From Nemertoderma westbladi (Eukaryota; Animalia; Xenacoelomorpha): a DNA stretch of 64,000 nt. Below, one piece after another: positions 36,539 through 48,990 of the stretch (its first letter is position 1; each line of letters opens with the position of its first letter). The notes beneath the pieces are model-generated. The model ran no database searches, was not told the origin of the DNA, and saw nothing but the letters and a program-made list of their open reading frames with translations. The stretch spans positions 62,001 through 126,000 of the forward strand of contig JAUCBJ010007030.1 in NCBI GenBank assembly GCA_032718475.1. Reading direction: 5' to 3'. The position numbers were made by a program, and so were the translations under genes.

Positions 36539-38398
36539 TTGGATAAATCTGCTAAGGAATATGAGATCCTTCGAATTTTGGGTGATAAGAAAACATATGA
36601 GAAACTACGCAAAGACCCTACTGCACGATGTCGTGTTGAATGCCGATCGTTATTAGATTCCCTTGCTATTGGGAACCAACGGCTTCGCCATCACCTCTTC
36701 CCTAATACCTTCACTACCGGCCATATCTTTATAACTCTTAAAGACCATAAACCACGTGACGAATGGGTAACCCACCCTAATGGTGCCCTAATCCCAAAAG
36801 GTAGACCTATTATATCTAATACGGACGCATTTTTTAAACCCTTATCCAAAATGATGCACTACTACCTGCACCCTTTAGTTACTACTGCCGATAACTATCT
36901 AAAAAGCTCTTTGGATCTCAAACAAACCATGCCTACAACAACTAATAATTCCCATTTTACTTTAGTTACTATTGATGTAATCGACATGTTTACCGCCATC
37001 CCTCATGAATTGGGTATTGAGGCTACCATGCATGCACTTTCGGAGGATCCTACGTTACCTGAACGTTCTATTTTTACACCAACTCAACTCGCAGCAATTT
37101 TACGGTTTCTTTTATACCACAACTTTTTCTGTTACCAGAATATGTACTACCTGCAAATCGCAGGAGCACCTATGGGCGGTCACCACAGTAGTGATTATTC
37201 TATAATCAGTTCGTACAAAGTACTCAAGAGGGCGTTAACTATTTCGCTACGGACTCCTTCATTCTTTCGTACTCTGGTGGATGATAGTTTCGCAATTTAC
37301 GATGAGCGACTAACTGATCAGTATTTCGAGTTCATGAAGACCGCATTCAATTCAGCGTGCAGGAATTTATATAATAGTGATGCCATCCAATTTACAATGG
37401 AGTACTCCCATGCTAGTGTCGACTACCTCGATCTAACGATAGCTGCTAATGCCTACACCCTTAGAACTCGTTTATTTAGAAAACCAATGGCTAATAAACT
37501 ACCTATTATGTACTCTAGTTTCCACCATAAACCTACGTTACGGGCAGTGGTGAAATCGGAAATTTTGCGTATTCGCCGTTTAACTGACTCAAACCATTTG
37601 TTCACATGTTATAAACACCAGTACCTCGAGTTGTGTGAGAATCGAGGCTATCCGCTGGATTTCCTCCTCTCCCTCCATGCATCAAACCCAACACCTCTTG
37701 GTCCAGTGCCGATCACGCAGCAGCCGTCTTTACCAACAGAGGGGGATGGTCCATCAGCACCCCAAAATTTGAAGACTACATCGAATGGGCCAAAATACAC
37801 CTCTATATATCTCCCTACGACCCCACAGTTCCTGCCTGTCCTAGCGCCCGTTATCCGCAAATATAATGCTGACTTGCGTTCGCTAGGTATTAGTGTCCAA
37901 ACGGTCCCGCGTAACCTCCCATCGTTAGGTAAACTGTTGATCACCAAGTCCGAGCCAACTCTGCCTCTTGGTAATCACTCTTGCAATGGGCCTCGTTGCA
38001 AATGCTGCTCGGCCGTTCTAGACCAGCGCCGGACACCATGGGGTGACCCCATCCATGGGAGATTTAACTGCAAATCATTTAATGTGATATATTTTATCAA
38101 ATGTAAACTGCATCCACACTTGTGGTATCTTGGCCAGACAGAACAGCGTTTACATGAGCGCCTCCGAGGTCACCGTAGTGCCATAAATGAAGCAGCTGTC
38201 AAGGGGCTAGGAGTCGATTTATCGAGTCCTGAAGTCTTGCTACTGCAACACTTTGTTATTTGTGGGATCGGTGCGCTCAATATTACATGTTCTAAAAGGT
38301 TTACTAACCACGAGCGTAGGATTCATTTTGAAGCGGTTCTGATTAACTTGCATCGCCCCCCACTTATCACTGTAGTTCCCCGTATTGGTCTGTACTAA
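36539..38398 (+). CDS. Penelope RT + GIY-YIG endonuclease (continues the 35520-36538 frame via a frameshift in a T run)
   Basis: KGDKTANIIF / LDKS is split by a frameshift at ~36531-36540. Confidence 0.88.
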   Translation: MDKSAKEYEILRILGDKKTYEKLRKDPTARCRVECRSLLDSLAIGNQRLRHHLFPNTFTTGHIFITLKDHKPRDEWVTHPNGALIPKGRPIISNTDAFFKPLSKMMHYYLHPLVTTADNYLKSSLDLKQTMPTTTNNSHFTLVTIDVIDMFTAIPHELGIEATMHALSEDPTLPERSIFTPTQLAAILRFLLYHNFFCYQNMYYLQIAGAPMGGHHSSDYSIISSYKVLKRALTISLRTPSFFRTLVDDSFAIYDERLTDQYFEFMKTAFNSACRNLYNSDAIQFTMEYSHASVDYLDLTIAANAYTLRTRLFRKPMANKLPIMYSSFHHKPTLRAVVKSEILRIRRLTDSNHLFTCYKHQYLELCENRGYPLDFLLSLHASNPTPLGPVPITQQPSLPTEGDGPSAPQNLKTTSNGPKYTSIYLPTTPQFLPVLAPVIRKYNADLRSLGISVQTVPRNLPSLGKLLITKSEPTLPLGNHSCNGPRCKCCSAVLDQRRTPWGDPIHGRFNCKSFNVIYFIKCKLHPHLWYLGQTEQRLHERLRGHRSAINEAAVKGLGVDLSSPEVLLLQHFVICGIGALNITCSKRFTNHERRIHFEAVLINLHRPPLITVVPRIGLY

Positions 38399-39075
38399 AA
38401 CATGTGAACTTTGTTTTGTATATTCTACTTAGGATTTTGTATTAATCAGTTTGGTTTTATTTTATATCTTATTGTTTTGCTAACTATGTGGCTCGTCCCA
38501 CATGCCCGCCTTAATGATAATTTCACCTCCAGTCATACAGCTGCTATTTGCTTTTTGAATAGCTGGCCCCTCTGGATATTTACCCTATGGCGTAGTTAGT
38601 ATTACTCAATCATTCTGTTAGTTTTATTTAATTAATTTTAAAGATTTTATTACTGCTTTTATTTCTGAGGTTTTTATACACATGTCATTCGTATACACTA
38701 TATCACTGTTGTTTTATTATTTTATCAGCCTTTATTTGTTTTTATAGATATTCTACTTAATAGCAGGATAGGGTACACCATTGGTTTAGTTTTTATTTAC
38801 TATTAATTTTTTAAAAGTTTTTAACATTTTAATACCTTTATTTTAAATTTTGATTTGAGTTAGTTTTGGTGCATTATGAATTTCCGATATAATTTCAAAC
38901 CATGCTCAACTTCTTCTACCGGTCTGCCACTTTACACAGCTAATATCTTTATTAAAATAGTCATAACTACTGTACACTATACAGTACCATAACGGTATCG
39001 GTTTTGTATATATCTTTGTAGGTTTTGAATTGGTTGTTTTAGTTAAATTATATTAATATTGTGTTTAAAATAATA

Positions 39076-39118
39076 TACCACTGAAGACGCGCGGGAAGCG
39101 TGAAATAGCTATATGGTA
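39076..39118 (+). ncRNA. Minimal type I hammerhead ribozyme in the Penelope pLTR
   Basis: TACCA-CTGAAGA-C-GCGC-GGGAA-GCGT-GAAA-TAGCTA-TA-TGGTA. Confidence 0.85.
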
Positions 39119-39182
39119 AACTAACAATATTTTATATTAGCCGTGGCTCAAGACCCTTACTCGTCATTAATATTTATAATTT

Positions 39183-41353
39183 AGGTACAATAAATTAGCG
39201 TCCCTCTCTATAACAACCGTAGGTACAATAAATTAGCGTCCCTTTCTATAACAACCGTAGCTACAATAAATTAGCGTCCCTTTCTATAACAAACGTAGGT
39301 ACAATAAATTAGCGTCCCTTTCTATAACAACCATAGGTACAATAAATTAGCGTCCCTCTCTATAACAAACGTAGGTACAATAAATTAGCGTTCCTCTCTA
39401 TAACAAACGTAGGTACAATAAATTAGCGTTCCTCTCTATAACAAACGTAGGTACAATAAATTAGCTTCCCTCTCTATAACAACCGTAGGTACAACAAATT
39501 AGCGTCCCTTTCTATAACAAACGTAGGTACAATAAATTAGCGTCCCTTTCTATAACAACCGTAGGTACAATAAATTAGCGCCCCTCTCTATAACAAACGT
39601 AGGTACAATAAATTAGCGTTCCTCTCTATAACAAACGTAGGTACAATAAAGTAGCTTCCCTCTCTATAACAACCGTAGGTACAATAAACTAGCGTCCCTC
39701 TCTATAACAACCGTAGGTACAATAAATTAGCTTCCCTCTCTATAACAACCGTAGGTACAACAAATTAGCGTCCCTTTCTATAACAAACGTAGGTACAATA
39801 AATTAGCGTCCCTTTCTATAACAACCGTAGGTACAATAAATTAGCGTCCCTCTCTATAACAAACGTAGGTACAATAAATTAGCGTTCCTCTCTATAACAA
39901 CCGTAGGTACAATAAATTAGCGTCCCTTTCTATAACAAACGTAGGTACAATAAATTAGCGTCCCTTTCTATAACAACCGTAGGTACAATAAATTAGCGTC
40001 CCTCTCTATAACAAACGTAGGTACAATAAATTAGCGTTCCTCTCTATAACAACCGTAGGTACAATAAATTAGTGTCCCTCTCTATAACAACCGTAGGTAC
40101 AATAAATTAGTGTCCCTCTCTATAACAACCGTAGGTACAATAAATTAGCGTCCCTTTCTATAACAAACGTAGGTACAATAAATTAGCGTCCCTTTCTATA
40201 ACAACCGTAGGTACAATAAATTAGCGTCCCTTTCTATAACAAACGTAGGTACAATAAATTAGCGTCCCTTTCTATAACAAACGTAGGTACAATAAATTAG
40301 CGTCCCTTTCTATAACAAACGTAGGTACAATAAATTAGCGTCCCTTTCTATAACAACCGTAGGTACAATAAATTAGCGTCCCTTTCTATAACAAACGTAG
40401 GTACAATAAATTAGCGTCCCTTTCTATAACAACCATAGGTACTATAAATTAGCGTCCCTCTCTATAACAAACGTAGGTATAATAAATTAGCGTCCCTTTC
40501 TATAACAACCGTAGGTACAATAAATTAGCGTCCCTTTCTATAACAAACGTAGGTACAATAAATTAGCGTCCCTTTCTATAACAAACGTAGGTACAATAAA
40601 TTAGCTCCCTTTCTATAACAAACGTAGGTACAATAAATTAGCGTCCCTCTCTATAACAACCGTAGGTACAATAAATTAGCGTCCCTCTCTATAACAACCG
40701 TAGGTACAATAAATTAGCGTCCCTTTCTATAACAAACGTAGGTACAATAAATTAGCGTCCCTTTCTATAACAAACGTAGGTACAATAAATTAGCGTCCCT
40801 TTCTATAACAAACGTAGGTACAATAAATTAGCGTCCCTCTCTATAACAACCGTAGGTACAATAAATTAGCGTCCCTTTCTATAACAAACGTAGGTACAAT
40901 AAATTAGCGTCCCTTTCTATAACAAACATAGGTACAATAAATTAGCGTCCCTCTCTATAACAAACGTAGGTACAATAAATTAGCGTCCCTTTCTATAACA
41001 AACGTAGGTACAATAAATTAGCGTCCCTTTCTATAACAAACATAGGTACAATAAATTAGCGTCCCTTTCTATAACAAACATAGGTACAATAAATTAGCGT
41101 CCCTCTCTATAACAAACGTAGGTACAATAAATTAGCGTCCCTTTCTATAACAAACGTAGGTACAATAAATTAGCTTCCCTCTCTATAACAACCGTAGGTA
41201 CAATAAATTAGCGTCCCTCTCTATAACAACCGTAGGTACAATAAATTAGCGTCCCTCTCTATAACAAACGTAGGTACAATAAATTAGCTTCCCTCTCTAT
41301 AACAACCGTAGCTACAATAAATCAGCGTCCCTCTCTATAACAAGCGTAGGTAC
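39183..41353. repeat. 38-bp satellite, ~57 copies
   Basis: Unit AGGTACAATAAATTAGCGTCCCTYTCTATAACAAMCGT. Confidence 0.98.
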
Positions 41354-41764
41354 ATTGATTTCAATATTACAATATTGATTTCCTATCATTAGCGCTAAAA
41401 TTATCGTTGGGTCGGTGTATTGGAGTACCTGTGTTACAAAAACTAGATTCATGTGCGTTTATATAAGAATCACGAAATTCTTAATTATTTTCCAGAACGA
41501 CTTTGATTTAGTGGTAGAGTTTCAGCTTGTATGCTGTACTGAGGAATTCGAAACGTTTGTCAGACAGTAAGGCATAAGAGTCATAATTTCGTAATTTCCG
41601 CCAATTCTTTAACGCACTACTAAAATTACAATTATCATTAAATCATATTGAACCACTACTTGGGCTTTAGAGCCTTGATCAATATGGCACACACTTTCAG
41701 TATTTTTATTCGACATTTTAATTCATCTTGATGTTCTTATGAATTTATTCATGAGATAAATTAT

Positions 41765-41885
41765 TAAATACGCGAGAAACATATTAAACTCGCGAGAAAA
41801 TTATTATTCTCGCGAGATAAATGATTAAACTCGCGAGATAAATGATTAAACTCGCGAGATAAGCGATTAAACTCACGAGAAAATT
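41765..41885. repeat. ~20-bp tandem repeat (ATTAAACTCGCGAGATAA)
   Basis: About 6 imperfect copies. Confidence 0.8.
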
Positions 41886-42159
41886 TTTAGTAGCGGAACA
41901 ATTATTAACCACATGTTCAAGCATACCATCCTTTGAGCTGATGATCATGCGATTCAATAATCATTCATGCCAAATTTCACAAGAATTAGTTAATTTTTAG
42001 AAAAGCCTTTGCATATTTAAATTTAAAATTTGCATTCATCAGAAAATGCATTTAAAGTTTATACTAAGGGTATTTCTGTCCTATGAATTGTTAGAATGCA
42101 CACAACCCCACTGAAAATTTTATTGCAAGGGTTTTCCGGGTTGGTAGTATCATTTCTAA

Positions 42160-42790
42160 AGTCCGTTTACTCATTTGACAGAGTGATGTCTGTCTGTCAT
42201 TCCTGTCCGTCTGTCCATCAAAATATAACCGGCAGCTGAACAGACAAACAGACAATGTGGATGACAACAAACATGAAAACTGACATCGGAAATGAAATCA
42301 CCAACCATGAAAACCCCCATTACAAAGTTTTTAGCTAGTTGGTATGCATTCCTATTACTTCGACAGGCAGATCGCTGGACAGACAGACAGACATAGTAGG
42401 TTTTGTTAAAAGTGAAAACTGACATCGGAAATGAAATCAGCAACCAGTTTACCCCCATAACAAAACTTTTATCTAGTTGGAATGCTTTCCTTATATTTTG
42501 ACAGACAGACTGAAATGAAATCAGCGACCAAAAAACCCACAACAAAGAAGTTTAGGATAGGTGGTATGATGTCCTTATTTTTTTACAGACAGATCGTCGG
42601 ACAGATCGACAGACTGATAGACAGACACAGAGACATAATAGTTTTAGTTAAAAGTGAAAACTGACGTTTGGAATGAAATCAGCGACCAGGAAAACCCCCA
42701 TAGTATAACTTTTACCTAGAAAGAATGCTTTTGTTACATTTTGACAGACAAACCGTCAGAAACACAATGCCAGTCAGACACTTTTCACAG
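42160..42790. repeat. Dispersed repeat with tandem subunits (AACTGACATCGGAAATGAAATCAGCGACC; CAGA microsatellites)
   Basis: Same motif at 9596-9720 and ~34520. Confidence 0.65.
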
Positions 42791-43565
42791 ACACTTAGAG
42801 TAAGGTTAACTTTATCACTCATAACTTTTGAACTACATTAGCTATTAACAAACGGTTTGAAGTTTTGACATCCTCATAAAAATCTGCACTAGAGTGGATT
42901 GTAATTGAAAAATCGATTTTTTTCTGAAATAGTCAAACCCCCCATCATTAAGTCATCAACAAAGTCTAGGTCAGTTTAGGCAATGGACTGGACTTCCTCC
43001 ATTTCTGGAGACAGTAGGTGGTGGTGGTGTTACCATCATCCCATCGCCATTATGATCTAAGAACATGAGTAGAACATAGTCAACCACATCGTCTGTCTGT
43101 TGGCTGAAGTTATTATTAGTTTGAAAGTTTGAATCTTCTCCCATTTTTAGTTTCCGATATGACCAATGGAAGGAACCATTAGTGGTAGAAAGTTCGTTTT
43201 CTGATGTTTGTATATGTACTGAAATTGATTTAGCACACAGCATTAAGGCACTGATTACGACATCACATCATGTAGACTGCTTATACTTAAAGTTAGACAC
43301 ATACTTTGGAGCAGTTGTTTCAAGCAAATTGATTCTAATGTTCGGTTAGGACTTGTGTTTCTGTTTCTGATAGGCATCAAATACAATTTTGTTTCTCTAT
43401 ATCATTGAAAAATTTACAATAATATTCCTACTTTTTATTTTATTTTTGTCACTAATAATAACTAATATTAATAATAATTTCGTCAGCCACACAAAATAAT
43501 GTTTAAACACCGGATATACCGGAATGACATCTTTCGGGGCGTATTCGTTATGAAATAATTAAATA

Positions 43566-43831
43566 TTAAGTTGGTCTATGAGGGTCTTCGTCGCCGGGTT
43601 GTAAAAACAAAATACATAGACAATTCCTTTTCTCCGAACTAACTATTATGCTTAATTACTTACGTTGTATGTGCTTTTTACTATTTTATTTTCTATTGTA
43701 AATTATTTGATATAATGTTTCATTAATAATTAATCCCTGAAGACGGCCGGGAGGCCGAAATACGTATTGGATAAAAATGAAAAAATACTTTTTTATAACC
43801 CGGCGGCGAAGACCCTCATAGACCAATTTAA
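43566..43831 (+). mobile_element. Mini Penelope-like element: hammerhead flanked by ~42-bp inverted repeats
   Basis: Inverted arms at 43566-43607 and 43790-43831; hammerhead ATCC-CTGAAGA-C-GGCC-GGGA-GGCC-GAAA-TACGTA-TT-GGAT at 43733-43772. Confidence 0.75.
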
Positions 43832-43857
43832 ATCCTTACACAAAATAATGGTACAGT

Positions 43858-44130
43858 TTAGTTATTCTGAAACAGAAAGGATTCCTTTCTGATTCTTCCT
43901 GATTTTCTTTTCGGAACTGACCTGATGAAAATGCACGAACATTATTAAAGCTTTCAGATAAAGGTAATGGCTAATTTCACGAACCTATTGCAAATGTAGT
44001 TTTTCTTAGTAATTTAAGTAATTTGAGTAGACATTGCGTAAATCTGCGAGTTAATACTCGAATAATTATTCCCAATATTCGAATATGTGTAGAGGTTTGT
44101 GAGGAATCCTTTCTGTTCCAGAATATCTAA
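43858..44130. mobile_element. MITE-like element with terminal inverted repeats
   Basis: ATTCTGAAACAGAAAGGATTCCT / AGGAATCCTTTCTGTTCCAGAAT. Confidence 0.55.
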
Positions 44131-45199
44131 TCTTTGTGACATAACTGTTGGAAATTTCGCATTTATTTTAGCAGGAAGGCCTGTTGATAAACAATAATGT
44201 TTTGAATGTTTTGCTGAAGCGTTGGTTCTGAAATATGCTTGCGTTGTAATGGTAGTGAATAGTATAATAATTTTGAATCATTTTGAAAAATACTAATCAT
44301 TAGGACAATTATGCGATAAATCATCAATACACTTTACATAACTGTTTTTTTTTCTACAAGGTCAAATATAAACTCACCAATACACATTTCCTGCAATTTG
44401 GATACCGTTAATTTTTTGATGTAAAGTGTGACTCAATTGCCAATAAACGCGAATGACATCATCCCATCCACTAGTGACTGCTAACAAAACACCAATGATG
44501 TGCAGCTTGTGCCACGGTGTGTCAACCTCATCGTCTATGACAGTTAATACAAACTGAAGTTAACACCCCCCCCCCACCCCCCATTGAATCATTGAAACTA
44601 TTTACAAACAATTGTTACACGATTTCATTATTAATGTATTTGCTGGAAGTGCAGACACTGCAAAACTGGCGATCCGATGCAACATGCATCTACAACATGC
44701 AGGATGCAGCAGGTTAATTAACCGCATCGCATACTATACACCAACTCCTGAAATATGTTGTGGTTATTCTGGCACATGCTCCCCCCACCCCTCCCCCCAA
44801 AAATATTTCTACAAATCTTAAAGATATATTTATGAAATTTGAAATAGGGATAGTTTCACGTAACTCCTCCTGACTGGGTGAGTCAGAATTTTGATTTTTG
44901 CTCTCATTTTTTAGCTACAAGCGTTTAAAAAAAAGGTCTCTCCAACTATATTGCACCAGTTACACCGCAGTTATTCTTCAACCTTACAGCGAATTTGTTG
45001 GTACTGTTAGAAAGCTTGCCATGCAACAATTCCAAATATGTAACACAATCTGAATTTCATCGAATAATAGCTGAGATATGGGCATCCGAAAGTTGCATGG
45101 TTTTGCATCTGCGTAAGGCTATTTTATTCTATTAAATAAGACACTATTATTCTAGAACATTTTGTTTAAGTATGTATATCTACGTAATAGTATGATTAA

Positions 45200-47780
45200 A
45201 GAGGCATTGCATTGTTGCCCGTCAGTTGAATGTTAGGTCAGGGTCCCCAGATCCTGCTACCACTATGGCAGTAATGTGGAACTACCTGTTGCAGCCGGCA
45301 ACAGCAGTAGGGCAGCCCGATCAGTACCAGTAGCCTATTCATTAATTAGTTGATCAAGAGTGGTTGGTAAACCCCATCAACTAAATCAGTCATTGAGGGC
45401 TACGGCCCCTATAGTAGGCAGCAGGGCTGTAGACAATGGATAGGCGGAAGGTAATCTAGCAATGGCTAGCCATGCAGACAAGGTCGGCGGAAGGTAATCA
45501 ACCAATGGCGACCTACTGCGAAGACGCTTGTAGGAGTTGCGACCTCAAATGGTTTACTCCTACAATTGAAAGATAAGAGTATGATAACCCTCCAGATACC
45601 AGCTCGGTCGTCGCCCAGGTCAACAAGGACCACGTCCCCCAGTGGTACACCAGGCTATGGTCGAAAAATCGGGTACTGGAACAGAAGACAGAGAAGAAAG
45701 AAGAAGCAACCTGTTGAAATGTAAAATGATACTAAAGATTGCCACAAGGAACGCACGCACACTGAAAGCACATACCAAACAGGGTGACATGGTTGCTCTG
45801 GCAATGGAATATAACATCGACATCATCTGTATCCAAGAACATCGGATTTGTCATGAAGACAATGCCATGAAGTACAAGGCATTGAAAATAGATGGACTTT
45901 AGTAATAAGCTCAGCAGAAAGAAATTCGGCCAATGCATCAATTGGTGGAGTAGGAATTCTGCTAAGCCCATTTTCACTTCAGACCCTAAACAACATCGAA
46001 TCTATAAATTCCAGGGTCATGATTGCAACATTTGATGGGAATCCCAAGACAGCAGTAATATGTTGTTACATTCCAACCAATGCCTCAGAGCCAGAACAAG
46101 CAGTCAAGTTTTATGAAGATCTGACTGGAGTTATAAAGGACATTCCGAAATACAACGCCAAAGTCATTGCTGGTGATCTGAATCATCAAATTGGCCCAGA
46201 AGACTAAGAGTTACACCTATAACACCAGTTCGAACAGAAATAGGTGCCTACTCTTAGACCTAATGGAAGAATGTGAATTGATACCAACAAACACCACATT
46301 CGAAATGAGTAAGGGGAAGCTACGGCCCTTTCAATACCCTAATGGATCCAAAGCACAGCTGGATTACATCCTTATAAACAAAAAGTGGAAAACAGCATGA
46401 TTAACTGCGAGGCATACATCTCGTTCAACCTAATTGGTTCGGACCACAGAATTATGACTGCAGAACCCAGGACAAGCAAGCGAATCAACTATGACTGGGA
46501 GAAACTCAGAACTGACAATGCAGTAAAGGATGCTTACACAGCAGAAGTTCAAAAACGCTTTGAAGTACTTCAGTCAATGGATGAAGACCAATCCACCGAT
46601 TCAATATACCAGAATATAATAACAGCCCACAAGGAATCAGCCAAAAGGCATATTCCCCAGAAACCCAAATGAAAACATTATGTGCCATGGCAAGACTCTA
46701 AGGTTACTTGAAAGAGAGAAGATCTGAAGATAGCCTACAAAGTAAAAATCGACCAACCGAAACCATCAACAAGGTTGAGAAAGCCAAGGGAGATCTTAAA
46801 TTACAACATCAGTCAGGATAAGTACATACAGGACAAGATTGAAGAAATTACAACTGCTCACATATAGCAACAATCAAGACTTACCTATTACTACTACTAG
46901 GATCGGCATGCTGCATTGCTGCTGCATTTTTTAGAATGCTGTGCCGGCTTGTCAACAAAATTGCGCCGCCACAACTCCCTATCACCCATGACATTTGCTA
47001 GATCATCCGCATCTTCAAGGCCAGTGCCCTTTAAGATGCGTCTCAAGAAAGTCATGGGCTGTCCACCATGCTTATTCACTCCATGAGGCTGCCAAAGTAA
47101 AAGATTATGCACTGGCTGATCCTCACGGCGAAAGCAATGTCCTGCAAAGCGGAGGCGATTTTGTTCTAATGTCAAACTGGGGGGAACCAATGAGACACCT
47201 CCAATGTTATATAGTGTCTGGTTGGAGATGTGTGCATTGTACTTGACACAATGAACCCGGCGTAGCATTCTTGTGAATGTGCAATCCAGGACTTGGTGTC
47301 CTCAGCAGTTAGAGCCCAGCATGGACTCCCATAGAGGAGTACTGGAACTACTGCTGCTCTAAATAATCGGACCTTAAGTTTCCAAGTTTCTTAAGACTTA
47401 CCTGGCAAACTGTAAATGAGGTATCTGGTCGAAAAAGTTTTGCTAAGGGGCGCCTCAAAGCTGATAGTCCTGAAGAACGTGTTAGGAGATGGAAAGATCA
47501 CTTCAGCAACTTGCTTGGGCAGCCAAACATCGAGGTCAACCCTACAAGGAAAATATATGACAAGACACTACCTATAGAAACAGGGGACTTCACATCCGCC
47601 GAAATCCAAAGAAGCATTAAAAGCATGTTCAATCATAAAGCAAGTAGATTAGATGAAATCCCTGCAGAGGTATGGAAGACAGCTAAACAGACCATTATTG
47701 GATGTTTGCAACTGGATGCTGAAAGGGGAAATGCCACCACCAATTTGGACCAAAGGTGAACTAAAGCCTCTCCCTAAAGG
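45200..47780 (+). mobile_element. RTE-type LINE 5' portion (APE endonuclease, linker), frameshifted
   Basis: ATRNARTL, DIICIQEHRI, AGDLN, QLDYIL, GSDH, RWKDHF, KAS.LDEIPAEVWK. Confidence 0.85.
46887..47392 (-). mobile_element. 5'-truncated RTE 3' end inserted in antisense into the LINE above
   Basis: 11-bp TSD AAGACTTACCT at 46876-46886 and 47393-47403; (TAG)n tail. Confidence 0.9.
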
Positions 47781-48990
47781 CCTAGACCGCGCGGTGTACC
47801 ACAGGGCCAGTGGTACACCGCTGACTGTGAACGACCCAACAGGTAGTTGTGCGCTAAACCGCGTGGTTTACCGCAGCCCATTTAAACAATATTAAAACAA
47901 TTAATATAATTTCCTGTTGAATTCACAGTCAACAGAAAGACAATCAGTTACTGCAATGGTACCGTTGTGTGTGAACGGGCTCCGGGTAGTGTACCGCTAA
48001 CTTACCGCTCCAATGCCGCCAGACTACTTTACCGCTCACGCACCATTGGATGTGAACGGGGCATAAGAAAGGAGACCTCGGTGTAAGGTAGTAAGTAGGT
48101 CCAATACAGTACCAGTCTATGCGTTCTACACAGTAATGATGTAGGCCTATCATGTACTCAGGCCTTCAGGCAGTCAGAATTGAGCCTTCGAACGACTGGG
48201 GAATGATAGTAAAACACCTACCATCGACCTGAGTATGATAGTAGCCCAGTACAACACAAGGAAATACATGACGCACATTTGCGTCCCCGTGCTCTAGGCA
48301 TGAAACAAGTGTTGCATCAACGGGCCGAAGGGGTTAACAACCGATAAGAAGACCAACATTATCGCCCGAAACGAAAGCGGTTGCATGCTTCATCTCCAAC
48401 TGCTATAGTCTTACAGACATTAATTTTGCAACAAAACACCAGATGATTCTGGAATTTTTCGGGTTATTCAGAACAGGACTGTAATAGACTGATACGACAA
48501 CTACTTATCTTTATATTTAATATTTTAACATTCTGTCCATATAGTTCTCTCGGTTATTTTCATTGGACTGTTATCTATTTTAATGTATATTTATTTTTAC
48601 TATATATATCAATTTAATTGATTAAAGAAGAAGAATGATGATGGTGTTGTAAGATTGGTAGTAAGCCAATCAAGGAGACAGTTCATGCGTTAGTAGACGC
48701 GGACCTTTGCGCGATGTCGCGCTTGTTGTTATTATTTTTGTCCGTTACATTTCCACCAATGTTCTGGAGATTATGTTTTGTTTCTGAATGATATAACTGA
48801 TGGCAGTGTTCCAGAGTGTTCTATTCGATAATTTACATATATATTGTCTAAAATATTGAAGTCTCAATTAAGAAATCATTTATTTTAAGGATTTATTTAT
48901 ATTTTAACTATATATACCTTTGGGCTTTTTTTTTTACCGAATTGACCCAAAGTCTTGTACAAAAATAGTAATATTAATCGGTAAACCCAC

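Larger units (their letters stand above)
35560..39180 (+). mobile_element. Penelope-like element (probably Neptune-type), 5'-truncated, one frameshift
   Basis: N-terminal NLS..L...LLGLG..F.P, RT (GRPIIS, GAPMGG, LVDD, YLDL), Cys-rich linker CNGPRCKCC, GIY-YIG nuclease (VIY...YLGQT..RL.ER..GH); 3' pseudo-LTR with hammerhead. Confidence 0.92.

Noticed and set aside
39183-41353. CRISPR-like regular 38-bp repeats
   Set aside because: Units are head-to-tail with no unique spacers, no cas genes, eukaryotic context
42971-43243. 90-aa minus-strand ORF in intron 1
   Set aside because: No recognisable domain and no convincing phase-compatible splice sites
44378-44534. Possible extra exon in intron 1 (AG...GTGAGT, open in phase 1)
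   Set aside because: Ends in phase 2, incompatible with the next CUB exon; no domain similarity and no partner exon found
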